Shown: positions 35,701 to 42,674 of the stretch, piece by piece
How positions within the stretch are numbered: the first letter of the stretch is position 1
How the letters are laid out: the number at the start of each line of letters is the position of its first letter
Origin: Planctomycetia bacterium
GTDB taxonomy: Bacteria > Planctomycetota > Phycisphaerae > UBA1845 > Fen-1342
Direction of reading: 5' to 3'
DNA: 64,000 bases
NCBI GenBank assembly: GCA_015709575.1
Contig: CP054190.1
Location: forward strand, 1,732,616 to 1,796,615
Program-made: the position numbers and the translations under genes
Notes under the pieces: generated by a model
What the model was told of the DNA's origin: nothing
The model's database searches: none
Seen by the model: the letters and a program-made list of their open reading frames with translations, nothing else

Positions 35701-36658
35701 GTCGAACATTTCGCAGGGCACGGCGTGGTATGACGACAGCAACGTGCTGGTGGCCGCCCAGAATCCGGGCGACCCGAGCCAGAACTCGCTGGTCAACGTC
35801 ACGACCGGCGGAACGATCACGGACCTGGAGTTCTTCCCGGCCCGTGGCACCGCCGGCCAGGTGACGGACGTTGAGTACAACCCCGCAATCTCGCCGTACG
35901 TGTACTACATGCAGTCGTCCTTCAGCACGCTGCAGACGCCCAACTCGCAGTCCACGCTCTACGTGCTCGATCTCTCGCAGCCGGCCGGCTCGCGCGTGAT
36001 CAAGACCGTGATCCTGGACAACTCGCTGCAAACCAGCCGCGAGATCGCGCTGGGCTCCGATCGCCGGCTGTACATCTCGCAGTTCGGCGGCAGCACCGCG
36101 CCGCAGCCGAAGGTGTACGTCGACGTGCTGAACCTCGACACCGACAACGACAACGACATCGACGCCGCCGACATTGCCTCGCTGACGGATGACAGCTCGG
36201 TCGATTACTACATCGTTCCGGGCGGTGCGGATTCGTCGTTCAACGGCGTGGACGTGGCGAACGGTGTGGTGGCGGCGCCGATTCAGGCGTGCTGCTTCCG
36301 CAACGGCAGTTGCGATATGCTGACGCCTGCCGCGTGCCTCGGGCTGCTGGGTACGCCGCAAGGCCCCGGCACGAGCTGCACACCGAATGTCTGCACGGCG
36401 ATTTGCCTGGTCGGCGATGCGAACTGCGATGGTGTTGTCAACAACTTCGACATCGATCCGTTCGTGATCGGAATTGTGAGCGGCTCTGAGACCCTCGCCC
36501 CGGTGCCCTACCTCAACCTGGGTGGCACGCAGCAGTGCTGGAACATTCGCACCTGCTGGGGTGACATCAGCCGCAACGGCCTGTTCAACAACTTCGACAT
36601 CGATCCGTTCGTGGCGTGCATTGTGGATCTGCCGCCGTCGGGCGATCCGTGTCCGTAG
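32729..36658 (+). CDS. Giant secreted multidomain protein: lamin-tail domain, two tandem ~200-aa modules, six six-Cys modules, a beta-rich region and C-terminal dockerin-like module
   Basis: ATG 32729 follows GAGGAG at 5 nt. The signal reads MGIGSKITRCCMTAVLATFCGTALA. The LTD reads DLVISQAYGGGGNTGATYNRDFIEIFNRGASPIDLAGKSVQYASATGTSW...AGAGKVALV, as in ExeM/NucH-type extracellular nucleases. The tail reads GDANCDGVVNNFDIDPFV...NGLFNNFDIDPFV. Confidence 0.85.
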   Translation: MGIGSKITRCCMTAVLATFCGTALAASDLVISQAYGGGGNTGATYNRDFIEIFNRGASPIDLAGKSVQYASATGTSWSKFDLPTFTLQPGQYFLVGGASGANGAALPTVDGSSSINLAAGAGKVALVDSTTALTGNGCPIAAPIIDYLGFGATANCSEGTTTPTISGNVTANIRNDDGCTDTDDNGADFSQGTPTPRNSSSTLNPCGGDPTGACCDSNTNTCSLTTAAACVGAGLSYLGDGVSCGSNACGFPTGACCNGGVCTIKNNQECTAGSGTYQGNGSTCTPNPCVSCINIAAARAAAPGSYVKLCNVVIASTEDLINSATSKSFTLQDASGGITVFGTNAVIDGILLGRTAGDRIDLEGTTGIFNGLSQMIAPFGPVTFVDSPGVPAAQLVTGADFEEGGPGESFESEIVEVRCVTFSTGGTFTGNANFNATDSNGDPVVVRISRTDQDIAGTPIPSGPVDIVGVFTQNDTTDPRDGGYQLLPRTLADFTDPSPNCPPAPTGACCNGRVCSVVSAAVCTTGGGTYQGNDSVCSPNPCLPCDTTASAEALPIGTRVKLCDIVISSTTDLINSTANKHFHAQDSAGGITIFGTNAVIDPLLALAGVGDRITIEGTTGTFNGLFQLQAPFVLISVTADTAPTPDVVTGADFQEGAANAEFEESRLVRLNCATFVQTGLFAGVTTYQVNTGAGQVNVRVATTALDLVNQAIPTDPVDIIGIFSQLDATDPRDGGYELLVRFYSDLTGPTCPTTGACCVGVTCTPDVTSGDCTTLGGVFQGLGTGCSPNPCVLPTGACCLAGVCTIDEEADCYAAGATYLGNNTTCPGSCPNPAAQPVQALDLAWGSNSSVGGSLHHVRSGSVIGRWSVRFMQSVEFDNTGGGLGHAPNGNLLGADFGDSCGGAPDDGGELWNIATDGSDRAERLFRVNGFEGTDCARTVGLSVNPSNNLVAMMGQTNGTLYILNYNAGANPGTGTGASASANLSVTTVGQSNISQGTAWYDDSNVLVAAQNPGDPSQNSLVNVTTGGTITDLEFFPARGTAGQVTDVEYNPAISPYVYYMQSSFSTLQTPNSQSTLYVLDLSQPAGSRVIKTVILDNSLQTSREIALGSDRRLYISQFGGSTAPQPKVYVDVLNLDTDNDNDIDAADIASLTDDSSVDYYIVPGGADSSFNGVDVANGVVAAPIQACCFRNGSCDMLTPAACLGLLGTPQGPGTSCTPNVCTAICLVGDANCDGVVNNFDIDPFVIGIVSGSETLAPVPYLNLGGTQQCWNIRTCWGDISRNGLFNNFDIDPFVACIVDLPPSGDPCP

Positions 36659-36832
36659 TTGGGCAAGCGTGACTTCGCTGGCAGAGCCGGCCCGCGTGAC
36701 GAGCGGGTGACGGATCGGCAATCAGCGAAGTGACGTACAGTATGACCACATCCGGCGGGTCGATGGGCAAACGCTCATCGGCCCGCCGGCCGTTGATCGA
36801 TGCTGATTGACGTCGGCGGGATGGCGGCTTCG

Positions 36833-37357
36833 TTACCGGCTCTCGACGGCCGTCTCCGCCGGTGAAAACCCGGCCGCGCGCAAGACGTCGCACAGCCCGC
36901 GCAGGTCGCTTTCGTCGAACGCTCCGACTTCGTGGCTGTCCACGTCCAGCACCCCCCAGCAGGCTCCCAAATCGTCCAGCAGCGGAACCACGACCTCGGC
37001 CCGGTCTCGCGGGTCGCAGGCCACATACGCGCCCCCCAGCTCGGCTGTGTCCCGGATGATCTGCGGCCGGCGAGTCCGAAACCCCGCCCCGCAGACGCCG
37101 TGCAGGCCGATCGGGGAGCAGGCCGGCTTGTTTCGCATCGGCCCCAGCACCAGTTCGTCTGCGCCCTCGTGCAGATAAAACCCTACCCACGAGACGCCAC
37201 CGTCGGCCAGCCCGTGCCAGAGGGCGTCGGCGACGATGCGCATCCGCGCTGTACGATCGCCGGTCGCAGTGGCGACGCGACGTGCGATGTCAGCGTAGTC
37301 CCGGGTCGGCAGGCAGCGCTCCAGGTTACCGGGCGGCATGAAAAAACTTGGCTCCAC
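36833..37357 (-). CDS. GAF-domain protein, free methionine-(R)-sulfoxide reductase-like
   Basis: VSWVGFYLHEGADELVLGPMRNKPACSPIGLHGVCGAGF...VACDPRDRAEVVVPLL...GVLDVDSHEVGAFDESD is the typical fRMsr/YebR GAF pattern. Confidence 0.75.
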   Translation of the reverse strand: MEPSFFMPPGNLERCLPTRDYADIARRVATATGDRTARMRIVADALWHGLADGGVSWVGFYLHEGADELVLGPMRNKPACSPIGLHGVCGAGFRTRRPQIIRDTAELGGAYVACDPRDRAEVVVPLLDDLGACWGVLDVDSHEVGAFDESDLRGLCDVLRAAGFSPAETAVESR

Positions 37358-37408
37358 CGCGGTCGCTTGATAGGATCAGAGGGGCGATTCTCGCGGGAGG
37401 ACGGTTGG

Positions 37409-37735
37409 ATGTCCATGATGGCAGCGGAAACCGTCCTCGCGCCAACGGCGGTTCGCCCTCGGCTCGCGCCGCTGTGGCACGTCGTTCTGCTCGATGACGA
37501 CGATCATACCTACGAGTACGTGATCGAGATGCTCTGCACGATCTTTCGGCTGGATCCGCGCGCCGCGTACGCGATGGCCTGCGAGGTGGATCGAACCGGG
37601 CGGGTGATCGTGCACACCGGGCTGCTGGAACAGGCGGAGTTCAAGCGCGAGCAGATTCACGGTTTTGGGGCGGATCCACGGCTCAAGCGTTCACAGGGGG
37701 CGATGACGGCGGTGCTGGAGCCAGCGCCGGTTTGA
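37409..37735 (+). CDS. clpS: ATP-dependent Clp protease adaptor ClpS
   Basis: LWHVVLLDDDDHTYEYVIEMLCTIFRLDPRAAYAMACEVDRTGRVIVHTG. GGGAGG lies 8 nt upstream of ATG 37409. Confidence 0.9.
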   Translation: MSMMAAETVLAPTAVRPRLAPLWHVVLLDDDDHTYEYVIEMLCTIFRLDPRAAYAMACEVDRTGRVIVHTGLLEQAEFKREQIHGFGADPRLKRSQGAMTAVLEPAPV

Positions 37736-37801
37736 GTCACGATTGCGGGCCCGCAGCGTCGGGCTGGGCCGCGGCGGTCCGCCGGCCGTTCGGTCGGGCG
37801 A

Positions 37802-38644
37802 TCAACCCCGCGTGGTTTCAAATTCCGGCTGGCGCGACTGCAGCTTCCCCTTCAAGCGCTCCAGAATCGACGAGTGCATCTGGCTGACGCGCGACTCCGA
37901 GAGGTCGAGCGTCAGACCGATTTCCTTCATCGTCATCTGCTCATAGTAGTAAAGCACGATGATGAGCCGTTCGTCGCGGCTCAGTCCGCGGACCACCAAT
38001 TCCTTCAGGTCCGCCCGCTGCGCCTCCGCCACCGGATCGGCCGCATCATCCCCGGGAATGACATCCAGCTCAAAGGAATCGCGTCCGGCGTCGCCGTCGG
38101 CATATTTCCGCGAGAGCGAGACCAGCGACACGGCGCTGGCGTCGCGCAGCAGCTTCTCAAATTCCGCCGGATCCATGCCCATGCGTTGCGCCAATTCGTC
38201 CCGGGTGGGCGCGCGACCGAGTTCGACTTCCAGCGCGCGGGTGGCCGCTTCAAGTCGATGTGCGCGATGGCGCACAAGCCGCGGAACCCAGTCCATGTGA
38301 CGCAGCTCATCCAGAATCGCACCACGGATGCGCGGCGCGCAATAGGTTTCGAACTTCACGCCGCGATCCAGGTCGAACGCATCCAGCGCATCCGCCAGAC
38401 CGAACACTCCCGCGCTCATCAGGTCGTCCACGTCCACTTCGTCGGGCAGCTTCGCCCCGATTCGTTCGGCCGTGAACCGAACGAGAAACAGATAGTGCTC
38501 CATCAGCCGGTTGCGCACTGAGTCCGTCCCGTTGCGCTTGAACTCGCTCCACGCCGCCGCCAGGTCATCCGCGTCGCGGAAGGGGCGAACCAGCGACTCC
38601 CGGGCACTGACGCGGCGAAGACGCCCGCCAAGGCGACGATTCAT
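37802..38644 (-). CDS. fliA: FliA/WhiG-family (sigma-28) RNA polymerase sigma factor
   Basis: Regions 2-4 read LMEHYLFLVRFTAERI...GVFGLADALDAFDLDRGVKFETYCAPRIRGAILDELRHMDWVPR...LYYYEQMTMKEIGLTLDLSESRVSQMHSSIL. Confidence 0.85.
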   Translation of the reverse strand: MNRRLGGRLRRVSARESLVRPFRDADDLAAAWSEFKRNGTDSVRNRLMEHYLFLVRFTAERIGAKLPDEVDVDDLMSAGVFGLADALDAFDLDRGVKFETYCAPRIRGAILDELRHMDWVPRLVRHRAHRLEAATRALEVELGRAPTRDELAQRMGMDPAEFEKLLRDASAVSLVSLSRKYADGDAGRDSFELDVIPGDDAADPVAEAQRADLKELVVRGLSRDERLIIVLYYYEQMTMKEIGLTLDLSESRVSQMHSSILERLKGKLQSRQPEFETTRG

Positions 38645-38664
38645 CGGCTACCCTCCGGTTTCGC

Positions 38665-38925
38665 TCAGGAACGTTCGGCGGACGACGGCGCAGCCTCCGC
38701 GCCGTCGACGTGCGACCGGTCGATTTCCACCTTGCGCTTCTGCAAGTGATCGCGAAGCACCCGCCGCGCACACTCGCCCACCACCCGCGCCACAATCAAC
38801 GCCCCGAGCATCACGATCAGGGAGCGGCTCAGGATGGTCAGCGGCGTGTTGCCCGCCAGCAGCCCCGCAACCAGTGCGGCGCTGAAGGCAAGCAGGGCGA
38901 CCTGTGCGGCGATGGCTTGTTGCAT
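38665..38925 (-). CDS. Small two-helix membrane protein, function unknown, immediately upstream of fliA
   Basis: MQQAIAAQVALLAFSAALVAGLLAGNTPLTILSRSLIVMLGALIVARVV... The longer track ORF (to 39207) has an Arg-rich, non-coding-looking N-terminus. Confidence 0.5.
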   Translation of the reverse strand: MQQAIAAQVALLAFSAALVAGLLAGNTPLTILSRSLIVMLGALIVARVVGECARRVLRDHLQKRKVEIDRSHVDGAEAAPSSAERS

Positions 38926-39477
38926 GGATGAGTCCGTGAGTCCTATCGGCCCGCGCGCCGCTCGCCTTATATGCCGCCACGGGCGTTTCGCACCCCATCG
39001 AGCGCTGTGCGCCGAGGGTCCGAAGATCACTCCGCCACGGCCTATAAGACACCGGCCGCGTGGTCCCCGCGCCGATCCGCGCAGCCGACGCGCGGCCGTC
39101 GAGGGAAACGAACGGGAGATGACAACAGGCCGACCGCCCGGTTGAGGCGAACGGGTGTGTCCGATAGCGGCTCGAGCGGCGGATGAGCTTGTGCCGCGGC
39201 CCAGCAACTCCCGATCTCGTCAAGTTGTGGCGGGCCGTTGCGGTCCGGGTCGCACTCGATCGGCGAAACGGGAATCCGATGGCGTGTTGCGCGCGCGGAG
39301 CCGGACAGCGGCGCCGTGTCCCGCGACGGGGAACAGTGTGAGGTGGCGTTGTCGAAATCGGCCGAGGCATGAGGTGCTCATCCGTAAGCAAGCCGTCGCC
39401 ATCCAGGCGCGGATAGGATGAACGACCCTGCGTCGGGCGGCAATAGGAAATTCCCCCCCCGGCCGATTTTCTTTCCG

Positions 39478-40110
39478 CTAGCCGACCGCCGCCCCGTCGA
39501 ACAGCGCCGCGTCCGTTTCGCTGATCGCGTCAAACATGCGCTGCGCGGCCGTGATGATGTGCTCGCGCTCGGTGGCGGAGAATGGCACGGCGTTCATCCG
39601 GTCCCTGAATGCCGCCCAAAGCTCGCGCTGCCGTGGCCCATGCGGGTTCATGTAGCGCGTTCCGTCGTCTCCACTCAGCCCATAGGCCGCCCGAACCCGC
39701 GGCGCGAGAAAGGCCGCGCCGTTCTTGCTCCCCTCGGTCACGTAGTAGTAGCCCAGCAGCGCCGCAGGCTGATCCGTCGCCGCGGTTCCCAGGTCGGCGC
39801 ACAGTGCCGCGGTCGCCGCCAGCGGCTCCACGTCCACTGCCCGAACTCCGAAATGCAGAAGGTCGGCCTCCAGCCGCTCCCATTGCAGCAACTCGCCATG
39901 AACCAGCCCGTTCAGGCGGATATCCCGATCACACAGGTCCGCGACGTTTCGATCCAGCACGCGATGAGCGCAGTACCGCTGCTCGAGCATGTTGATGTAC
40001 ACGTCCTTCGGCAGGACACCCCGAGCCAGGGCCTGCTCAAGCGGCTGCTGCTCGGCGCGGCGGTGATGTTCAGCGGTGAGTGTGCGAAGCGAATCCATGA
40101 TCGAGGTCAC
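39478..40110 (-). CDS. Heme oxygenase-like protein (biliverdin-producing type)
   Basis: MDSLRTLTAEHHRRAEQ...LLGYYYVTEGSKNGAAFL matches the heme oxygenase family pattern (proximal His region; YV-x-EGS-x-xG). GTG 40110 follows AGGAG at 5 nt. ATG 40098 is an alternative. Confidence 0.6.
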   Translation of the reverse strand: MTSIMDSLRTLTAEHHRRAEQQPLEQALARGVLPKDVYINMLEQRYCAHRVLDRNVADLCDRDIRLNGLVHGELLQWERLEADLLHFGVRAVDVEPLAATAALCADLGTAATDQPAALLGYYYVTEGSKNGAAFLAPRVRAAYGLSGDDGTRYMNPHGPRQRELWAAFRDRMNAVPFSATEREHIITAAQRMFDAISETDAALFDGAAVG

Positions 40111-40186
40111 GAAATCTCCTTGAAGCGTGCCAGCACCACGACAATTGGCTGATTTCCAGCGACCGGATATATATACGTCCAAGTGA

Positions 40187-40198
40187 TTGATAAATCAA
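40187..40198. promoter_or_regulatory. AT-rich palindrome TTGATAAATCAA in the divergent heme-oxygenase / kinase promoter region (weakly Fur-box-like)
   Basis: It is a perfect 5-2-5 inverted repeat. It is flanked by GATATATATAC, in the most AT-rich patch of this intergenic region. The resemblance to the GATAAT-type Fur hexamers is only partial. Confidence 0.3.
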
Positions 40199-40304
40199 GC
40201 AAACGGTGCACCGGACAGACATCGCCGTTGAAATGGCCCTGTCAGTGCCGTCCATCCGCCCTATACTTTGCGGTTGTCAGCACTTACCCGTTGTGGAGTC
40301 ACGG

Positions 40305-42674
40305 ATGCCCACAACTCCGCGAACCGTCTGCGCCGCGCGACCTTCCGTGGAAGCGCTGGCTCATGACCGGCTGGACCCCGCCGCGCGGTCCGGCGTGCAT
40401 CACCATCTTGAGTCGTGCGAGGCGTGCCGATCCGCCTTTCGACGGATCACGTCCGGCTGGCTGCCCCACGTTCGCAATTACACGATCCTCGAGCAGGTCG
40501 GCAAGGGCGGCTTCGGTGTCGTCTACAAGGCGGTGCATCACCAGAAACAGCGCATCGAAGCGCTGAAGGTGCATTTCGGTCGTACCCCGTTGCGCGCCGC
40601 GTACTTCGAGAACGAGGTGCACCTGATCGCGCGGCTGCAGCATCCGAACATCGCCACGCTCTACGAAGCGAATCTTGGCGGTTCTCCGCCCTATTACACG
40701 ATGGCCTTCGTGGAAGGTCGGCAACTCGGCGATCACCTCCGTGCCTCATCCCTGTCGCTGGAGGGGCGCATCCACCTGTTTCGGACGATTGTCCGCACCA
40801 TCGGCTATGCCCACAGCCAGGGCGTGATTCATCGTGACATCAAGCCGCAGAACATCGTGGTCGACGCGGGCGGCGTGCCGCGCATCGTGGACTTCGGCAT
40901 CGGCAAAATGCTGGGACTGACGGAGCCGATCGACGAATTGGCCCCGCACGGCTCGCCGGAAATGCCGGAGGGGCCGATTGGCACGTTCGGCTATATCGCG
41001 CCGGAGCAGATGTCGGGAGGGGCCGTGGACTCGCGGGCCGACATCTACGCGCTCGGGGCGCTGCTCTTTCACTGCGTGACCGGCGAGCCGGCCAAGTGGG
41101 CGACCCGGGCCGATCGGCTGGCTGCGTATCTGCGCGAGCGGCATGTCAGCCGGGCCGATGACCTGGCCGCGATCATCGGGCGCTGCGTCGAAACCGACCC
41201 TGCGCGGCGTTACCAGACCTGCGCGGAATTGGATCGCGATCTTGACAATTATCTTTCGGCCTGGACGATCGCCGCCCGCCGCGACCGCCCGCCGGGCTAC
41301 GCACTGGCCCGCGGGCTGGCGTACGTGCTCAGGCATCACCCGTGGGCGGTGCGAGCGCCGTTGATGACGACGGCGGCGCTGCTGCTCTGCATCGTGTGGT
41401 CGGGGTTGGACCTGCGCTACTATTCCGCCGGGGGCGCCGGCGATGACGTGCATGTGATCGCGTTTGCGGATTCCACAGTCGAGGCGCTGCGCAGCGGAGC
41501 GGTCGGTGCGCCGGAAGGCGTGCGGGCCGACGATCCGCGGAGCTGGCGCGGGTTGGACGCACAGTTGCTGCGCCGATTGGCAGTGGCCGGGCCGCGCGTG
41601 GTCGTGATGGACTATTTCTTTCGGCGCCCGAACCCGGAGCATGATGGCGCACTGGCGGACGCCATTCGAGACGCCGGCGCGCCGGTGCTGATCGGAGCGG
41701 CGGAGTTTGATCGTGACGGTGAGCCGGTGGGCGGCGTTCCGGCGTTGCACGAGGCAGCCCACGCGGCCGGGTGCCTGATCGGAGTGCGACCGACGGCGCT
41801 GCCGGGGGAGTACATCGTGCCGTTGGTGGTGGAACGCGGCGGCGCGCCGCCGTTTCCGGGGCTGGCCGTCGCTGCCTACGCGGCGTGGCGCTTCCCGGAT
41901 AGCCGAGCGCGCTTCGCGGCGGCGGCGGGCGCGATCGAGATTCGCTATGAGCGGCGGCTTTCCGCCGACGGCGAGTCGCGCTGGCGCGATCGGATCGACC
42001 GGGTTCCGGTGCGCGACGTACACCAGCCGGTTTCCGCGGCAGCGATCTTCTCGCCCGGCGATCGCGTATACCGTGGGGCGGTGCGCGCGGTTGCGCCCGG
42101 CCATTGGGACGGTCGCGTACACCGCTATGAACAGGTGCTGGCGGCGAGCGATGACCAGATTCGAGCGTGGTTTGAGGGGCGGGCAGTGCTGATCGGGCAG
42201 ATGCGCGGCGGTGAGGACCGCTACCAGCTTTCCGACGGGCAGTCGCTGTACGGCTGCCAGGTGCAGGCACTGGCGCTGGAGTCGATGATCGGAGAGGCGC
42301 TGCCGGTCAATCTGTCGCGACCGCAGATTGCTGCTCGTGCCCTGGCGGCGTGTGTGGTCGGCACCATTTTCGTGCTGGCCCTGCGCCGGATCATTAGAGC
42401 GTCGGCCGGTTGGGTGATCTTTGCCGCAGTGCCGATGCTGGCATGCGCCGGGCTGGCGGCCGCCGTGGCGATCGCGCGTTCCAGCCCGGAACGGATCGCT
42501 TTGGAAGCCGGAATGCTGCTGGCCGGCATTCTGACGGCGGCGGGATTTGTTTTGCTGGCCGAGGCCCTGCGCGAGCGGCAGTTGCAACTCGCGCCGGGCG
42601 CCAACTGGTCCACCGGGGACCCGACCTTGTCGAGCACTTTGCTCGCGGAGACGCGCCAGGTCACCGCAGGGTGA
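40305..42674 (+). CDS. Hanks-type Ser/Thr protein kinase with N-terminal HxxxCxxC (zinc anti-sigma-like) motif, TM helix, CHASE2 sensor domain and C-terminal TM bundle
   Basis: HLESCEAC lies at 40404..40427. Kinase motifs are GKGGFGVVYKAV, HRDIKPQNIVVD, DFGIGK and GTFGYIAPEQ. The CHASE2-like segment reads VVVMDYFFRRPNPEHDGALADAIRDAGAPVLIGA. Three terminal TM helices follow. ATG 40305 follows GGAG at 6 nt. Confidence 0.85.
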   Translation: MPTTPRTVCAARPSVEALAHDRLDPAARSGVHHHLESCEACRSAFRRITSGWLPHVRNYTILEQVGKGGFGVVYKAVHHQKQRIEALKVHFGRTPLRAAYFENEVHLIARLQHPNIATLYEANLGGSPPYYTMAFVEGRQLGDHLRASSLSLEGRIHLFRTIVRTIGYAHSQGVIHRDIKPQNIVVDAGGVPRIVDFGIGKMLGLTEPIDELAPHGSPEMPEGPIGTFGYIAPEQMSGGAVDSRADIYALGALLFHCVTGEPAKWATRADRLAAYLRERHVSRADDLAAIIGRCVETDPARRYQTCAELDRDLDNYLSAWTIAARRDRPPGYALARGLAYVLRHHPWAVRAPLMTTAALLLCIVWSGLDLRYYSAGGAGDDVHVIAFADSTVEALRSGAVGAPEGVRADDPRSWRGLDAQLLRRLAVAGPRVVVMDYFFRRPNPEHDGALADAIRDAGAPVLIGAAEFDRDGEPVGGVPALHEAAHAAGCLIGVRPTALPGEYIVPLVVERGGAPPFPGLAVAAYAAWRFPDSRARFAAAAGAIEIRYERRLSADGESRWRDRIDRVPVRDVHQPVSAAAIFSPGDRVYRGAVRAVAPGHWDGRVHRYEQVLAASDDQIRAWFEGRAVLIGQMRGGEDRYQLSDGQSLYGCQVQALALESMIGEALPVNLSRPQIAARALAACVVGTIFVLALRRIIRASAGWVIFAAVPMLACAGLAAAVAIARSSPERIALEAGMLLAGILTAAGFVLLAEALRERQLQLAPGANWSTGDPTLSSTLLAETRQVTAG

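Noticed and set aside
35288-36721. 477-aa minus-strand ORF. Similar long ORFs are 3438..4730(+), 6897..8384(+), 17131..18246(-), 18984..20081(-), 45178..46275(-), 49221..50195(-), 50505..52097(+) and 58065..59330(+).
   Set aside because: Each overlaps, antisense or out of frame, a gene with clear family signatures. Their translations are low-complexity Arg/Ala/Pro/His strings without motifs.
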